A stretch of DNA of 64,000 nt. Source: Octopus bimaculoides (taxonomy: Eukaryota). Positions 1 to 10,101 of this stretch are shown in pieces. The notes beneath the pieces are model-generated. The model was not told the origin of the DNA. It searched no databases and was given only the letters and a program-made list of their open reading frames with translations. The position numbers and the translations under genes are program-made. Each line of letters starts with the position of its first letter. Within the stretch, counting starts at the first letter, position 1. The stretch covers positions 105,233,787 through 105,297,786 of the forward strand of contig NC_068981.1 in the NCBI RefSeq assembly GCF_001194135.2, given 5' to 3'.

Positions 1-13
1 GATTTTGCACTTT
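1..13 (-). CDS. Candidate exon 3 (partial, runs off the window edge) of the minus-strand gene
   Basis: Minus-strand acceptor ...aaaactttgtgcttgtag|AA AGT GCA AAA TC. The phase-1 start matches exon 2 (G+AA = Glu). Only 13 nt are visible. Confidence 0.35.
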
Positions 14-964
14 CTACAAGCACAAAGTTTTAGCAATGAAAATGTAAGTGAACATATATATTTTTTATTGAGAAGAATCACTGGCTGAAGCCTCTTATAT
101 AATCTGCTCATATTAGCTCTGAACCTTCATGTTTAATCAGCTCTTCACCATTTGTAAACTCTACTTCACTCTATTCAATGAAACACTGATTTCATTATCA
201 GACATATAGTGTTTGCCCATAGAAGCCTATTCAGCATGAGGACATCTGTTGTGGTATCCATAAGAAATAAATATGATGTCACTGCTTTTAACTTCATTTG
301 ATATTGATTTTGTAATGTAAGTAACCAGTGTTCATTTTGTCATTCTGAATATAATATGAGAACCTTGACACATGTGATTTCTTTTTAGATGAAATACATT
401 ATACAGCATCTAGATGGTTGCTGCTGATACTGTCATACTTAGCAAACAGTTGAACCAGTTCAAGAAAGCTTCTTCTATTTAAGTTTGTTTGATTTTTCTC
501 TGATGAAGAGAAAAATTTAGATGAAAAAAATATTTGTCATAAATTTTGGCTCAAGGCTAGCAAACTTTTTAGTGGGAAGAGTGCCCTACTTCAGTTTTTA
601 AGAACCTAATAAAAACTGTTAGTAGGAAAATCTTGAAACTACCCTCTTGTAAAAGAGAGCCCTCTTATTACATCAATGCCCAAAGGCTCTCCAAAAATAG
701 CAGCATTATAAAGTCATTAAATGTTCAATCTATCATAGGCAAGGTTAGTTGATAGACATACTCTTAAGGTTTCTTTTGGTTGCATGAGATAGAAGCCAAC
801 TACAGGGATCATGTTATAGTTAAGCAGAATAATAGAAGGCTTATTTAGAAAACTGTTGTACAACCACATATCCTCATTCAGTAACTAAAAGAAGTGAAAT
901 GTGTTGTTAGCGAGTATGTATTTTTGAAATAAGAAAGTTGTGTATTATATCATTAGATGAAATT

Positions 965-1285
965 TAATTAAAAATTACAAGCATTACTCCAATAGCAGTA
1001 GAAGACATAGACTCTGTAGAATGGAAAAAAACTGATACTGCAAAAGAGTTCCAAGATGTCATACCAAATCTGTTGGTTGCAATAAGAATAATGCCTACAA
1101 TACTTATGACTGCAGCCATGAGAGAGAGAAGCTTTAGTGTGAGTAAAGCATACAAAGACATTCGTGACACAAGACAAATCATCAACTTTCAGAATTTTGT
1201 CAGTAGGAAAGCTTGCTTCTGAAGAGATACTTATCATGAGAAGATCGATAGAAAAACGTTTGTAGATTTAAAGTCAAGAAAATAA
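965..1285 (+). mobile_element. hAT transposase C-terminal (dimerisation domain) remnant
   Basis: Translation ...VIPNLLVAIRIMPTILMTAAMRERSFSVSK... resembles the hAT motif FPNL..A.RI..TIP.T.A..ERSFS.LK. It contains stops. Confidence 0.7.
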
Positions 1286-1477
1286 GTTTTAATTATGATA
1301 TGCTTTTCAGTATATGTTCTTTTGCTTGTATCTTTTAATCTATTAGGAGGGTACTTAATTACATTTACAATTATTTTATTTGGTGCAGTCTCTGATTTCA
1401 ATAAGAAAAGAAAAATACTAAAGAATTCTTAACCCAGGCACTTACCTAAACAGTAAGAGTAAGATTTTTGCTCCTAC

Positions 1478-1591
1478 CTTCATGAATGCAGATCTCCCCA
1501 GGATACTGGCTGACTGAACCATGAATATAAGCATTGGAGTACTCCGACAAGCAAATATTTCCCAGGCAGTAGTGAACTTTTGGCTCACAAT
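1478..1591 (-). CDS. Exon 2 of the minus-strand gene (unknown protein, (D)CEPKVHYCLGNICLSEYSNAYIHGSVSQYPGEICIHE)
   Basis: Acceptor ttactccccttag|AT and donor AAG|gtagga. 114 nt, phase 1-1, open frame continuous with ATG G of exon 1. Confidence 0.6.
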
Positions 1592-1818
1592 CTAAGGGGA
1601 GTAACTCCAATGAACTAAATTTTTTCTAGGGTCTTGATTAAGGCTTTGATACCCACAGATTGGATATGATACTTTCATATCTCCAGTGGCAAGGAGCCAA
1701 TATCATCTTATTTCTTGCCACCTATCTTTGATGAATTCTGGGATTATCTTCACTCATGAAAATGGAGTGGCTGATATGAAAAAATGATATTGTATCTTAT
1801 TAATAGTAATATTAATCC

Positions 1819-2024
1819 TTTAGGCACAAGACCTGAAATTTTGGGGGAAGGAGTAAGTCAACTACGTCGACCCCAGTGTTTCACTGGTACTTATTTTATC
1901 AACCCCGAAAGGATGAAAGGCAAAGTCGATCTCGGCAGAATTTGAAATCAGAACGTAGCGGCAGACGAAATACCGCTAAGCATTTCGTCCAGTGTGCTAA
2001 CGATTCTGCCAGCTCACCACCTTA
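1819..2024 (-). mobile_element. tRNA-derived SINE (family B)
   Basis: Core ggtacttattttatc(g/a)accccgaaaggatgaaaggcaaagtcga is shared with more than 10 copies in the window. The minus-strand head has A/B-box-like motifs. Confidence 0.85.
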
Positions 2025-2129
2025 ATAATAATGATGATGATGATGAAAAAGGCAACAGAGAGGCGATGCATACCCTGCACGCAGATAAATTTTTTTGCAA
2101 ATTGGTGTGGCTTACAATGTGCTGCTTAC

Positions 2130-2133
2130 CCAT
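2130..2133 (-). CDS. Exon 1 coding part (ATG G) of the minus-strand gene
   Basis: aaaagcATGG|gtaagc: start codon followed directly by a consensus donor, in phase with exon 2. Confidence 0.55.
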
Positions 2134-2931
2134 GCTTTTTAATTGAACTGAATTAAGCTTTTTAAGTGTCTCACTAAACTTGCTTATCGGGGAATTTGTA
2201 AGTTAGATTTGTTTATTTTTTTAATCACCATTGTAAGTATTTATACTCTGGTGAAATTCAGAAATCAACTCGTAAATAAACGAAACCCTCGAATCTATCA
2301 CTGTACACACACACACATACAGTCGCATATGTATGTATCTACACGCATAGGTACATGATCTATACACATGCAGACGAAGGTCAATGTACTAGAACGCATA
2401 CCCGCGTTGTTAATTGGTAAAAGTAGGTTGGTTAATTTAGTAAGGATTTTATAAACACAGGCACAAGGCCAGATAACAGACTCATGGATTGGTTTATATT
2501 TTATTCATTTTGTTGTTATTCTAAAGAATAGTGATAATAAACGGGTGCGAATGAAATAGAGTCAGTAACTCATTTATTCTTTCACTGTCTGCAAGAGTGG
2601 CTATATGGCCTTCTTTCGGAATAAGACTCAGACTTCTCAATTATCTTCGTTAGTTTCCGTGAACATGTGTTGTCTTGTCAACTGTAAACATTCTTGTGTA
2701 TGTGTGTGCGTGCTTGTTCTGTTTGACGTGTCGAAGTGGAAGAGAAAGCTAATGAGTGTATGTGTGTGTGTGAGTGCATGCGCGTGCTTGTTCTTATGTG
2801 TGTGTGAGTATGTGTGCTTGTTTGTGCGCGCGTGAGCATGTTGGGGTTGCATCGGAAGCAATTGTTGACTAGCACAATTACTTTCGTGACATTTGTGCAT
2901 TGTGGTGCGTCGACAAACCTTCAAAGAGGGG
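2134..2931. promoter_or_regulatory. Putative bidirectional promoter / 5'UTR interval between divergent start codons
   Basis: Lies between the minus-strand ATG (2133) and the plus-strand ATG (2932). No recognised TE and locally more CpG than the surrounding introns. The TSSs are not located. Confidence 0.45.
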
Positions 2932-2992
2932 ATGTTGAATCAGCGAGGTGAAGCTGCTGACCTCCCCTGTTCGAAGGTTATAATGGACACAG
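2932..2992 (+). CDS. Amino-acid permease exon 1 (MLNQRGEAADLPCSKVIMDT)
   Basis: First in-frame ATG after an upstream stop; donor CAG|gtttgt; phase 1 joins exon 2 in frame. The true start could instead be ATG 2983 or 3846. Confidence 0.55.
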
Positions 2993-3212
2993 GTTTGTAT
3001 GTCTGTGTCCCATAGCTAGCTAGAGGCGATGGCCTCTTGGAGCTAATCAACGGCAGCATTCGTTGTATTTTCCTGGACTGCCATGTTAGCTTGATGATAA
3101 CTATTAATATCCAGTACCACTGCCGTAGTTTCCTTTAGAGAGATTTAGAAATATTAATATTTCTATTAATGTCATTTATATTTCTTTCTTTCGCATTTCA
3201 TTGATCAATGTT

Positions 3213-3570
3213 GGCACTCCGTCGGTTACGACGACGAGGGTTCTAGTTGATCCGATCAACGGAACAGCCTGCTCGTAAAATTAACGTGCAAGTGGCTGAG
3301 CACACTACAGACACGTGTACCCTTAACGTAGTTCTCGGGGATATTCAGCGTGGCACAGAGTGACAAGGCTGACCCTTTGAATTACAGGCACAACAGAAAG
3401 TAAGAGTGAGAGAAAGTTGTGGTGGAAGAGTACAGCAGGTTTCGCCACCATCCCCTGCCGGAGCCTCGTGGAGCTTTAGGTGTTTTCGCTCAATAAACAC
3501 TCACAATGCCCGGTCTGGGAATCGAAACTGCGAGTCCGCTGCCCTAACCACAGGGTCATCGCGCCTCCAC
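3213..3570 (-). mobile_element. SINE (family C)
   Basis: Reverse-complement similarity to 52905-53212, which has a tRNA-like head. Confidence 0.75.
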
Positions 3571-3834
3571 ACATCAATATATAAAAACAGAACACGCTCG
3601 CACACACACACACACACATATTACCTTCCTCTTCCACTTCGACACGTCAAACAGAGCAAGCACGCACACACGAGTATTTACAGTTGACAAGAGAGTACGT
3701 ACTTACGGAAACTAGCTTATTCTGAAAGAAGGCCTTTATATGTATGTGCATACATATGTATACATACATAACATAAACACGCACAATAAGCAGGCAGAAG
3801 TTTTCAAGCTAAATACTTTTTTTTAAAATCAAAG

Positions 3835-3870
3835 CTATCGATGCCATGTCGATAATTTACCTACAAATCT
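3835..3870 (+). CDS. Amino-acid permease exon 2 ((A)IDAMSIIYLQI)
   Basis: ttttaaaatcaaag|CT...ATC T|gtaagt. 36 nt, phase 1-1. T+AT gives Tyr leading into FVTIACILG. Confidence 0.75.
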
Positions 3871-4042
3871 GTAAGTTAAGAAATCATATCCTCGCAGTTT
3901 CTCTTTTTGTATGTTTTCCCACCGTTTCTCTTTACAATTATATGTAAATGGCTATACATATATTAACATAGACGCATGTGTGTGCGTAATTAAGTCGAAG
4001 AAACTTTAAAATATTTTTCTTTAACTTTTAGTTTACTTTTTA

Positions 4043-4830
4043 TTTTGTTTTCTTTTTCTTGTTGCCTGAGTAAAATTCTCCATATGTTTCTCCCGTTCTG
4101 TATAATTACACCATGTGTGTGTGTAGGTACATACATTTACCTGTGTGTATGTATGTGTGAATATAGGCACATACATATGCCTGTATATGTGTATCTATCT
4201 GTGTGTGTGTAGTATATTTTATATGTACAATTAAATGTACAACTGCTACTATTAAGAGCTTCACGTACGCTAACATCATCCTATGCGCTTCCAATGTAGT
4301 GGTTTGCCTATATGTTTTACCCTTGTAGATGTTTGGAATTCTGCATTAGACGTTGTAAGTTCTCTGTAAGATAATACAATAGAGTGTTGTTCCCCTGATG
4401 ATCCGTTCTGGTTAAGCATCCAATTGCTCTTGGGACATCCATTGCAGAGGTACCAAACAACTTCAATGGGGAAACGTATGTGGGAGCAAAGGATACAGAC
4501 TTGTGTTTATGGCAATTTCTTTCTCTCTCTCTATCTATCTATCTAGCTAAGTTGTCTAAGAGTCCACAAGTCAGGAAAGTGTACAGTATTTTATATCCAT
4601 TACGACCGATCTTACCAATCGGTTTCGCGCCAGGGATTCAATGGAGTGTTAGGTAACAATCCAATTTTATAACTCTGCGCTCATCAGAGGTAACGCAGGG
4701 TTAAATAATTGGATTGTTTTCTTTTGTTTTCTTTTTCTTGTTGCCTGAGTAAAATTCTCCATATGTTTCTCCCGTTCTGTATAATTACGCCATGTGTGTG
4801 TGTGTAGGTACATACATTTGCCTGTGTGTA
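4043..4830 (+). repeat. ~107-bp direct repeat pair (4043-4149 and 4722-4830)
   Basis: Both copies read ttttgttttctttttcttgttgcctgagtaaaattctccatatg...cctgtgtgta, with about 2 mismatches. Confidence 0.9.
4598..4695 (-). ncRNA. Hammerhead ribozyme-like motif (type I, long stem-II loop, offset stem I)
   Basis: Minus strand: cgttac-ct-CTGATGA-gcgc...gcgc-GAAA-ccgat..atcgg-TC-gtaatg. Core, stem II, stem III and the GUC triplet are intact. Stem I needs a 2-nt bulge. Confidence 0.55.
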
Positions 4831-4920
4831 CCTGTGTGTATGTATGGCACAAAACTCATTGGTAAGATCGGCCTTAATGGATATAATATACTGTACACTT
4901 CTGATAATATATATATTGTT

Positions 4921-5310
4921 CTTTTACTTGTTTCAGTCATTTGACTGCGGCCATGCTGGAGCACCGCCTTTAGTCGATCAAATCACCCCCAGGACTTATT
5001 CTTTGTAAGCCTAGTACTTACTCTATCGACCTCTATTGCCGAACCTCTAAGTTATGGGGGACGTAAACACACCAACATCGGTTGTCAAGCGATGGTGAGA
5101 GGACAAACACAGACACACAAGCATATATACACACATACACACACATATTTATATACATCGGGCTTCTTTCAGTTTCCGTCTACCAAATCCACTCACAAGA
5201 CTTTGGTCGACCCGAAGCTATAGTAGAAGACACTTGCCCAAGGTGCTACGCAGTGGAACTGAACCCGGAACCATGTGGTTCGTAAGCACGCTGCTTACCA
5301 CACAGCCATA
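4921..5310 (-). mobile_element. tRNA-derived SINE (family A), near full length
   Basis: Head tggctgtgtggtaag...ggttccgggttcagttccac, body cttgggcaagtgtcttctactatag, tail ccagcatggccgcagtcaaatgactgaaacaagtaaaa. Many copies in the window. Confidence 0.9.
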
Positions 5311-5576
5311 TAATATATGGTTGGTATGTATAACTAGTAAATGGAAAAGCATGCGTGGTAAGAAGAGTTAATGTCGGCCGGTACGTATGTACACAATCCC
5401 ATAGTAGTATATGGAGAGAGATGTGATAATGTTCCAGAGAATTATGGCAGCATTCACCAACTTAAACAAGGTAACCGTCCAGAAAAGTTGCAAGAGATTC
5501 CGATGTTGTCTGGAGGCCGTGGTTGTAGCCAATGGCGAATTTATTGAATAAATTTACTCTTTAGTATTTCAAGATA

Positions 5577-7205
5577 CAGCGATATCTCGTAGTACGAGTT
5601 TCATTCGTTCCATGACCGAGCTCGTCTTACGATTTACTCGTTTTACAAATCAATTTTCCCCATTGAAATTAACTAAAATATAATTAATCAAGGCCCGAAA
5701 TTTGAGGGGAGGGGGCTAGTTGATTAGATCGACCTCAGTCCGCAAACTGGTACTTTATTTATCGACCCCGAAAGGATGAAAGGCAAAGTCGACCTCAGCG
5801 GAATTTAAACTCAGAGCGTAAAGATAGACGATATACCGCAAAGCATTTCGCCCAGCTCGCCGCCTTGTAAACTGGTTTTATTAACTGAATTAGCTTAAAG
5901 ATGGGATGATTTGTGCGCGAGGAAGACAATGAAGGGGGAGGATTATTGTTTGGAAAGAGATTCTCCTGCCATTAAGACTTCAGGAAAGACAATTTCTGGT
6001 GTTTTCTCTCTCACTTCGCTTAATTTAGGCTTTTTGGACACACTTTCTTCACTTTTTACACCTGCATGTCATTTCATTAGAAACCTATCAAGAGAAGTCT
6101 GCTTTTTCCTACCTTTCAAAATGCTACGAAAATGCGCTAGAATAGAATCATTAAATAAAGCAGCTGCACGACCTATAGTTACTTTATCAGGATGATTCTT
6201 TTCTAAAATTCAGAAACATAATGCCACTTTGCCAACATTGCCTTTATGTCACTCGTAGAGATAGCATTCTCTGCTACACTGTCCTCCTCCGGGGAACCAG
6301 TCTCTTCCACCGCATCCAAACATTGCCTCTCCTGAAGCTGCAGGAGTTCGTCTGACGTCAGCTCCTCTGAGTGTTACTCGACGAGATCGTTAATGTCCCC
6401 ATTATCAACCTCGATGCCCAGGGACTTGCCTCGACTACAGGTTTCTGAAACTCAAACCCCTCGAAGTCGCTTTCGGATACGCAGTCAGGCCACAGTTTCT
6501 TCCATGCAGAATTCAGCGTTCTCATCATTACACCCTACCAGGCCATATCGATGATTTTCATGCAGTTTACAATGTTGTAGTGCTCCTTCTAAAACTCACG
6601 AAGGGTTAGATTTGTATTTTCGGTGACTTCAAAGCACCGACGAAATAGGTGTTCGGTGTACAATTTCTTAAAATTAGAAACCACCAGTTGGCCCATGGGC
6701 TGCACGATAGGGGTAGTGTTGCATGAAAGGTACAGAACTTTTATAAATTTAAATTCGTCCAAGATATCATCTTAAGGTTAGGAAGGTGAACAGGAGCATT
6801 GTCAGGGATGAGGAGGGACTTGAGAGGAAGACTGTTCTCCAGAAGGTACTTTTTCTCTGCTGGTCCGAAGACAAGGTTGACCCACTCGGTGAAGAATTGC
6901 CTGGTGACCCAGGCTTTAATGTTTGCCCTCCACATGACCTTCAGCTTTTCCTTCAGGATTTTATGCGACTTGAACGCTCGTAGGATTTCAGAATGGTAGA
7001 TGAGTAGCGGTTTGATCTTAAAGTCTCCACTCGCATTGGCATAAAGGGCGAGAGTTAGCCTATCTTTCATAGGCATGTGGTCTGGCATTTTCTTCACCTC
7101 TGCAGTTATGTAGGTTCTTCTGGACATTTTTTTTTTCAAAAAATGCCAGTTTCATCACAGTTGAATACCTGTTGTGCGATGTACTCCGCGGAGGGTCTAT
7201 TGCAA
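5577..7205 (-). mobile_element. Tigger/pogo DNA transposon remnant (DDE_1 transposase), interrupted by a SINE at ~5688-5867
   Basis: QVFNCDETG...KDRLTLALYANASGDFKIKPLLIYHS...KAWVT..FFTEW...LL..DNAP.H. Terminal TA|CAGCGATATCTCG at 5575-5590. Contains stops and frameshifts. Confidence 0.85.
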
Positions 7206-7339
7206 TACACCCAACATTTTGTGGCAGCGTGTGCATGCGTGCATGGGTCGTCTAAGAGACCATAAATCAGGGAAAAGATGCACTCATATATCTGTCAGTA
7301 GAGTGGGTATACTATCCGAAATGTGTAGTATTAAATTTC

Positions 7340-7435
7340 CATCACGTCTGATCTTACCAATCGGTTTCACATAAATTATACAATGGAGTGTTAGGTAACA
7401 ATCCCATTATATAACTTTACGCTCATCAGAGTTAG
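7340..7435 (-). repeat. Second, decayed copy of the hammerhead-like repeat at 4598-4695
   Basis: Shares gatcttaccaatcggtttc...caatggagtgttaggtaacaatcc...gctcatcagag. The cleavage triplet is mutated (GUC to GAC). Confidence 0.7.
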
Positions 7436-8531
7436 CTGATAAATAGAGTGAGAGATGTGGTATCATTCGTTTGTTTTGACGAATAGAATTCAATTGTTCG
7501 ACCACCTGAAGGTACTACTCGTTCAATTAACGTTTAAGTGGTTGTGTATTCCACAGACATGTGCAGTGTCAATGTAATTCTGAGCACAATTTAATCCGAC
7601 AAAATAGATGACAAGGCTGGATCTTTAAATCACCGGCTCAATACATTCGACAGAATTCCAAGTGTTCCGTCAACCGAATTTCATTCGCAGAGTTTAGGTC
7701 AATCAACCTTGGCTTATATCACGAGACACTTGCTCAAGATGCTACATAGTAGAACTAAACCAAGGATTTCATGATAGCGAAGCAAATTTTGTAACTTCGC
7801 GATGTCTGTGTCTTCACACGTACACAAACACACACACGAATGCACACACATTCATACTCAAGTGTACACAAACATACATGTAAATACGTACATAAATGTA
7901 TACATAATATACATACGTAATTAGGCCCGCGCGCACTCACACATGTATACATAAATACACATACATACATACGTATGTACGTATGGACACATACATGCAT
8001 ACATATGTACATACATACATACATGAATACATATGTACGTACAGGCATACATACATGCATGTGTAATTGTATACGTATGTATGTACGTACGTCCATAATC
8101 CTGTTTCTCTCATTTCAAAAGTTAAAGAAAAAAACACGCTCAATTAAGAGACCAATATGGTGGAAATAGACCGGATAATTAAACATTCAGATAATGATAA
8201 TAATTTTTCCTATTATGAGTTAAATGCGTGAAGTGTTGGGGAAGATCAGATATATTTACCAGAAAATTTGGTTGGTACTTTTATTTTATCGACCTTAGAA
8301 GGATGAAAAGCAAAGCCGACCTCGGTCAGATTTGGACTCTGAATGTAAAGATCCGGAAGAAATACCGCAAGTTATTGTGTATAATGCTTGAATAATTCTA
8401 TCTATTCAATACCCTTAAAAATAACTATAAACGTTTATATTATAAGCACAAGACTTGGAATTTATGGGGAGGCTGCTTGTCGATTACCGGAAGAATTTGA
8501 ACTCAAAGTGTAAAGTCTGATGAAATATTGC

Positions 8532-8967
8532 TATAGGAAAGTGGGTTATACATCATTAGATGTACACCTGACTTTCCTATATAATATTATGAATATAACG
8601 GAACGCTGAACTCCAGACTATCAACTTAAACAACATTTATTCAGGTGGTAAATATATACATCTTTAGCTCTTGTCCGTTGTTACAGCTTCTGTGTGTGTG
8701 AGCATAGTTGTTGGGACGTTGGTATGTAGATGTAAGCAAGCTGTCGAGCGTAAGTTCGAAAGATGGAGGGAGACAGCTAAACACGTCCATGCTCAATCGC
8801 TGGCCAGCAAGAAAGAGACTGTCTCCAGAGTTGGAATGTTGGAGACACTGCTTGACACGTCCATGCTCATGGCCGGCCGACCGAGAAAGAGACAGAATGA
8901 AGCGGGAAAGCTTGCTTGGTGAATTCCACGCATGCGTGAGACTACGCATGCGCACGGCGTTACTACA
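8532..8967 (-). mobile_element. Probable solo LTR inserted into a family-B SINE
   Basis: Starts TGTAGT on the minus strand, has AATAAA at 8636-8641, and has a 4-bp imperfect TSD (ttgc/ctgc). The SINE halves (...gaaatattgc | ctgctatgcattttgtccggcgtg) resume exactly on either side. Confidence 0.6.
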
Positions 8968-9810
8968 CTGCTATGCATTTTGTCCGGCGTGCTAACGGTT
9001 CTGCCAGATTGTTGCTTTTCCACCACCCTTAATAATAACCATAATAATAATTGTTTCTACTTTAAACACAAAGCCTGTAATTTTGAGAGGAGGGAGTCAG
9101 TAGAAACCATTGTCCTCAGTACTTATTCTATCGATGCTAAAATGATGAAAGGTAAAGTTGAGCTTGGCAGGATTTGTACTAGGAGCATTAAGAGAGATGT
9201 TATCCTGAGATCTAGCGACACTATGTCTCTTCAAATCTTTCTTAGTTCTCTTGTGGAGTACACAATGACATTTTTCTGCACGTCGACTATACGTGCTTAA
9301 ATTTCATGATACTTCGGCCTCTTAGGTAGCGGTTTGAGCGTTGTTGAAAGTGCACATATTACCAGAGGAACAATTTTCACGCTTGTGTTCCACAATCTCT
9401 TCATCACTATATATGGCTATGTCTTAATATTTCACAATTTTCTCGGTTTGTGTTATACATTCTGCTATCATATGAGTTTGTTATTTCTGTCCTCCAAGAC
9501 ATTTGATTTCCTTGCTTCAATAATATGATCAGTTTCTTAGGAGAAATGCCAAAAAATCTTGTAATTATCATTCACCATTGCAGCTTCTGGCTTTTGAGTA
9601 TATCACTTTTCTGTCATTTAACATCCACAAACTTAACTAACGTCGCAATGCACAGTTTAACCAGCAGACATGCTTGCGTTTATACTTTTTTCTTTAGTTA
9701 GCGTACTGCACTCGCTCAGATGGCCAATACTTTCGCCACCTTCTTACCTTTTTCCACCTACTCTGGAGTCTTGAATAATCTTCCCCTCCCCACCCGCTTA
9801 TTAATTTTTC

Positions 9811-9850
9811 NNNNNNNNNNNNNNNNNNNNNNNNNNNNNNNNNNNNNNNN
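9811..9850. other. Assembly gap
   Basis: N run. Confidence 1.
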
Positions 9851-9963
9851 CTGATTTTTAAGATTCTGCCCCTGCTTTTATTCCAACTGTCCCCCCCCCC
9901 TCATTAAATTTTGCTAATCTATCTCCCGCGAAATCTTATTGTAAGCTACTCATATTGATACAA

Positions 9964-10101
9964 CCACTAGCGTAGTTAGGGGTGGGAAGTAGGGGCGGCA
10001 CTTTGGGATCTGCTATAGGCAATACATGTTTTTTGTGGGGTCCAGGAGCCGGCAAACAGAAGGGCCGCCCCGGGTAGCACACACTCTAGCTACGCTAGTG
10101 G
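9964..10101. mobile_element. Small MITE with ~18-bp TIR
   Basis: ccactagcgtagttaggg ... ctctagctacgctagtgg. The TSD is not clean. Confidence 0.65.

Noticed and set aside
2605-2924. ORFs rich in CV/HT/YI dipeptides here and at 7755-8169, 27093-27490, 37400-37700, 53367-53791 and 62969-63462
   Set aside because: They are translations of (CA)n/(TA)n microsatellites and SINEs, not genes.
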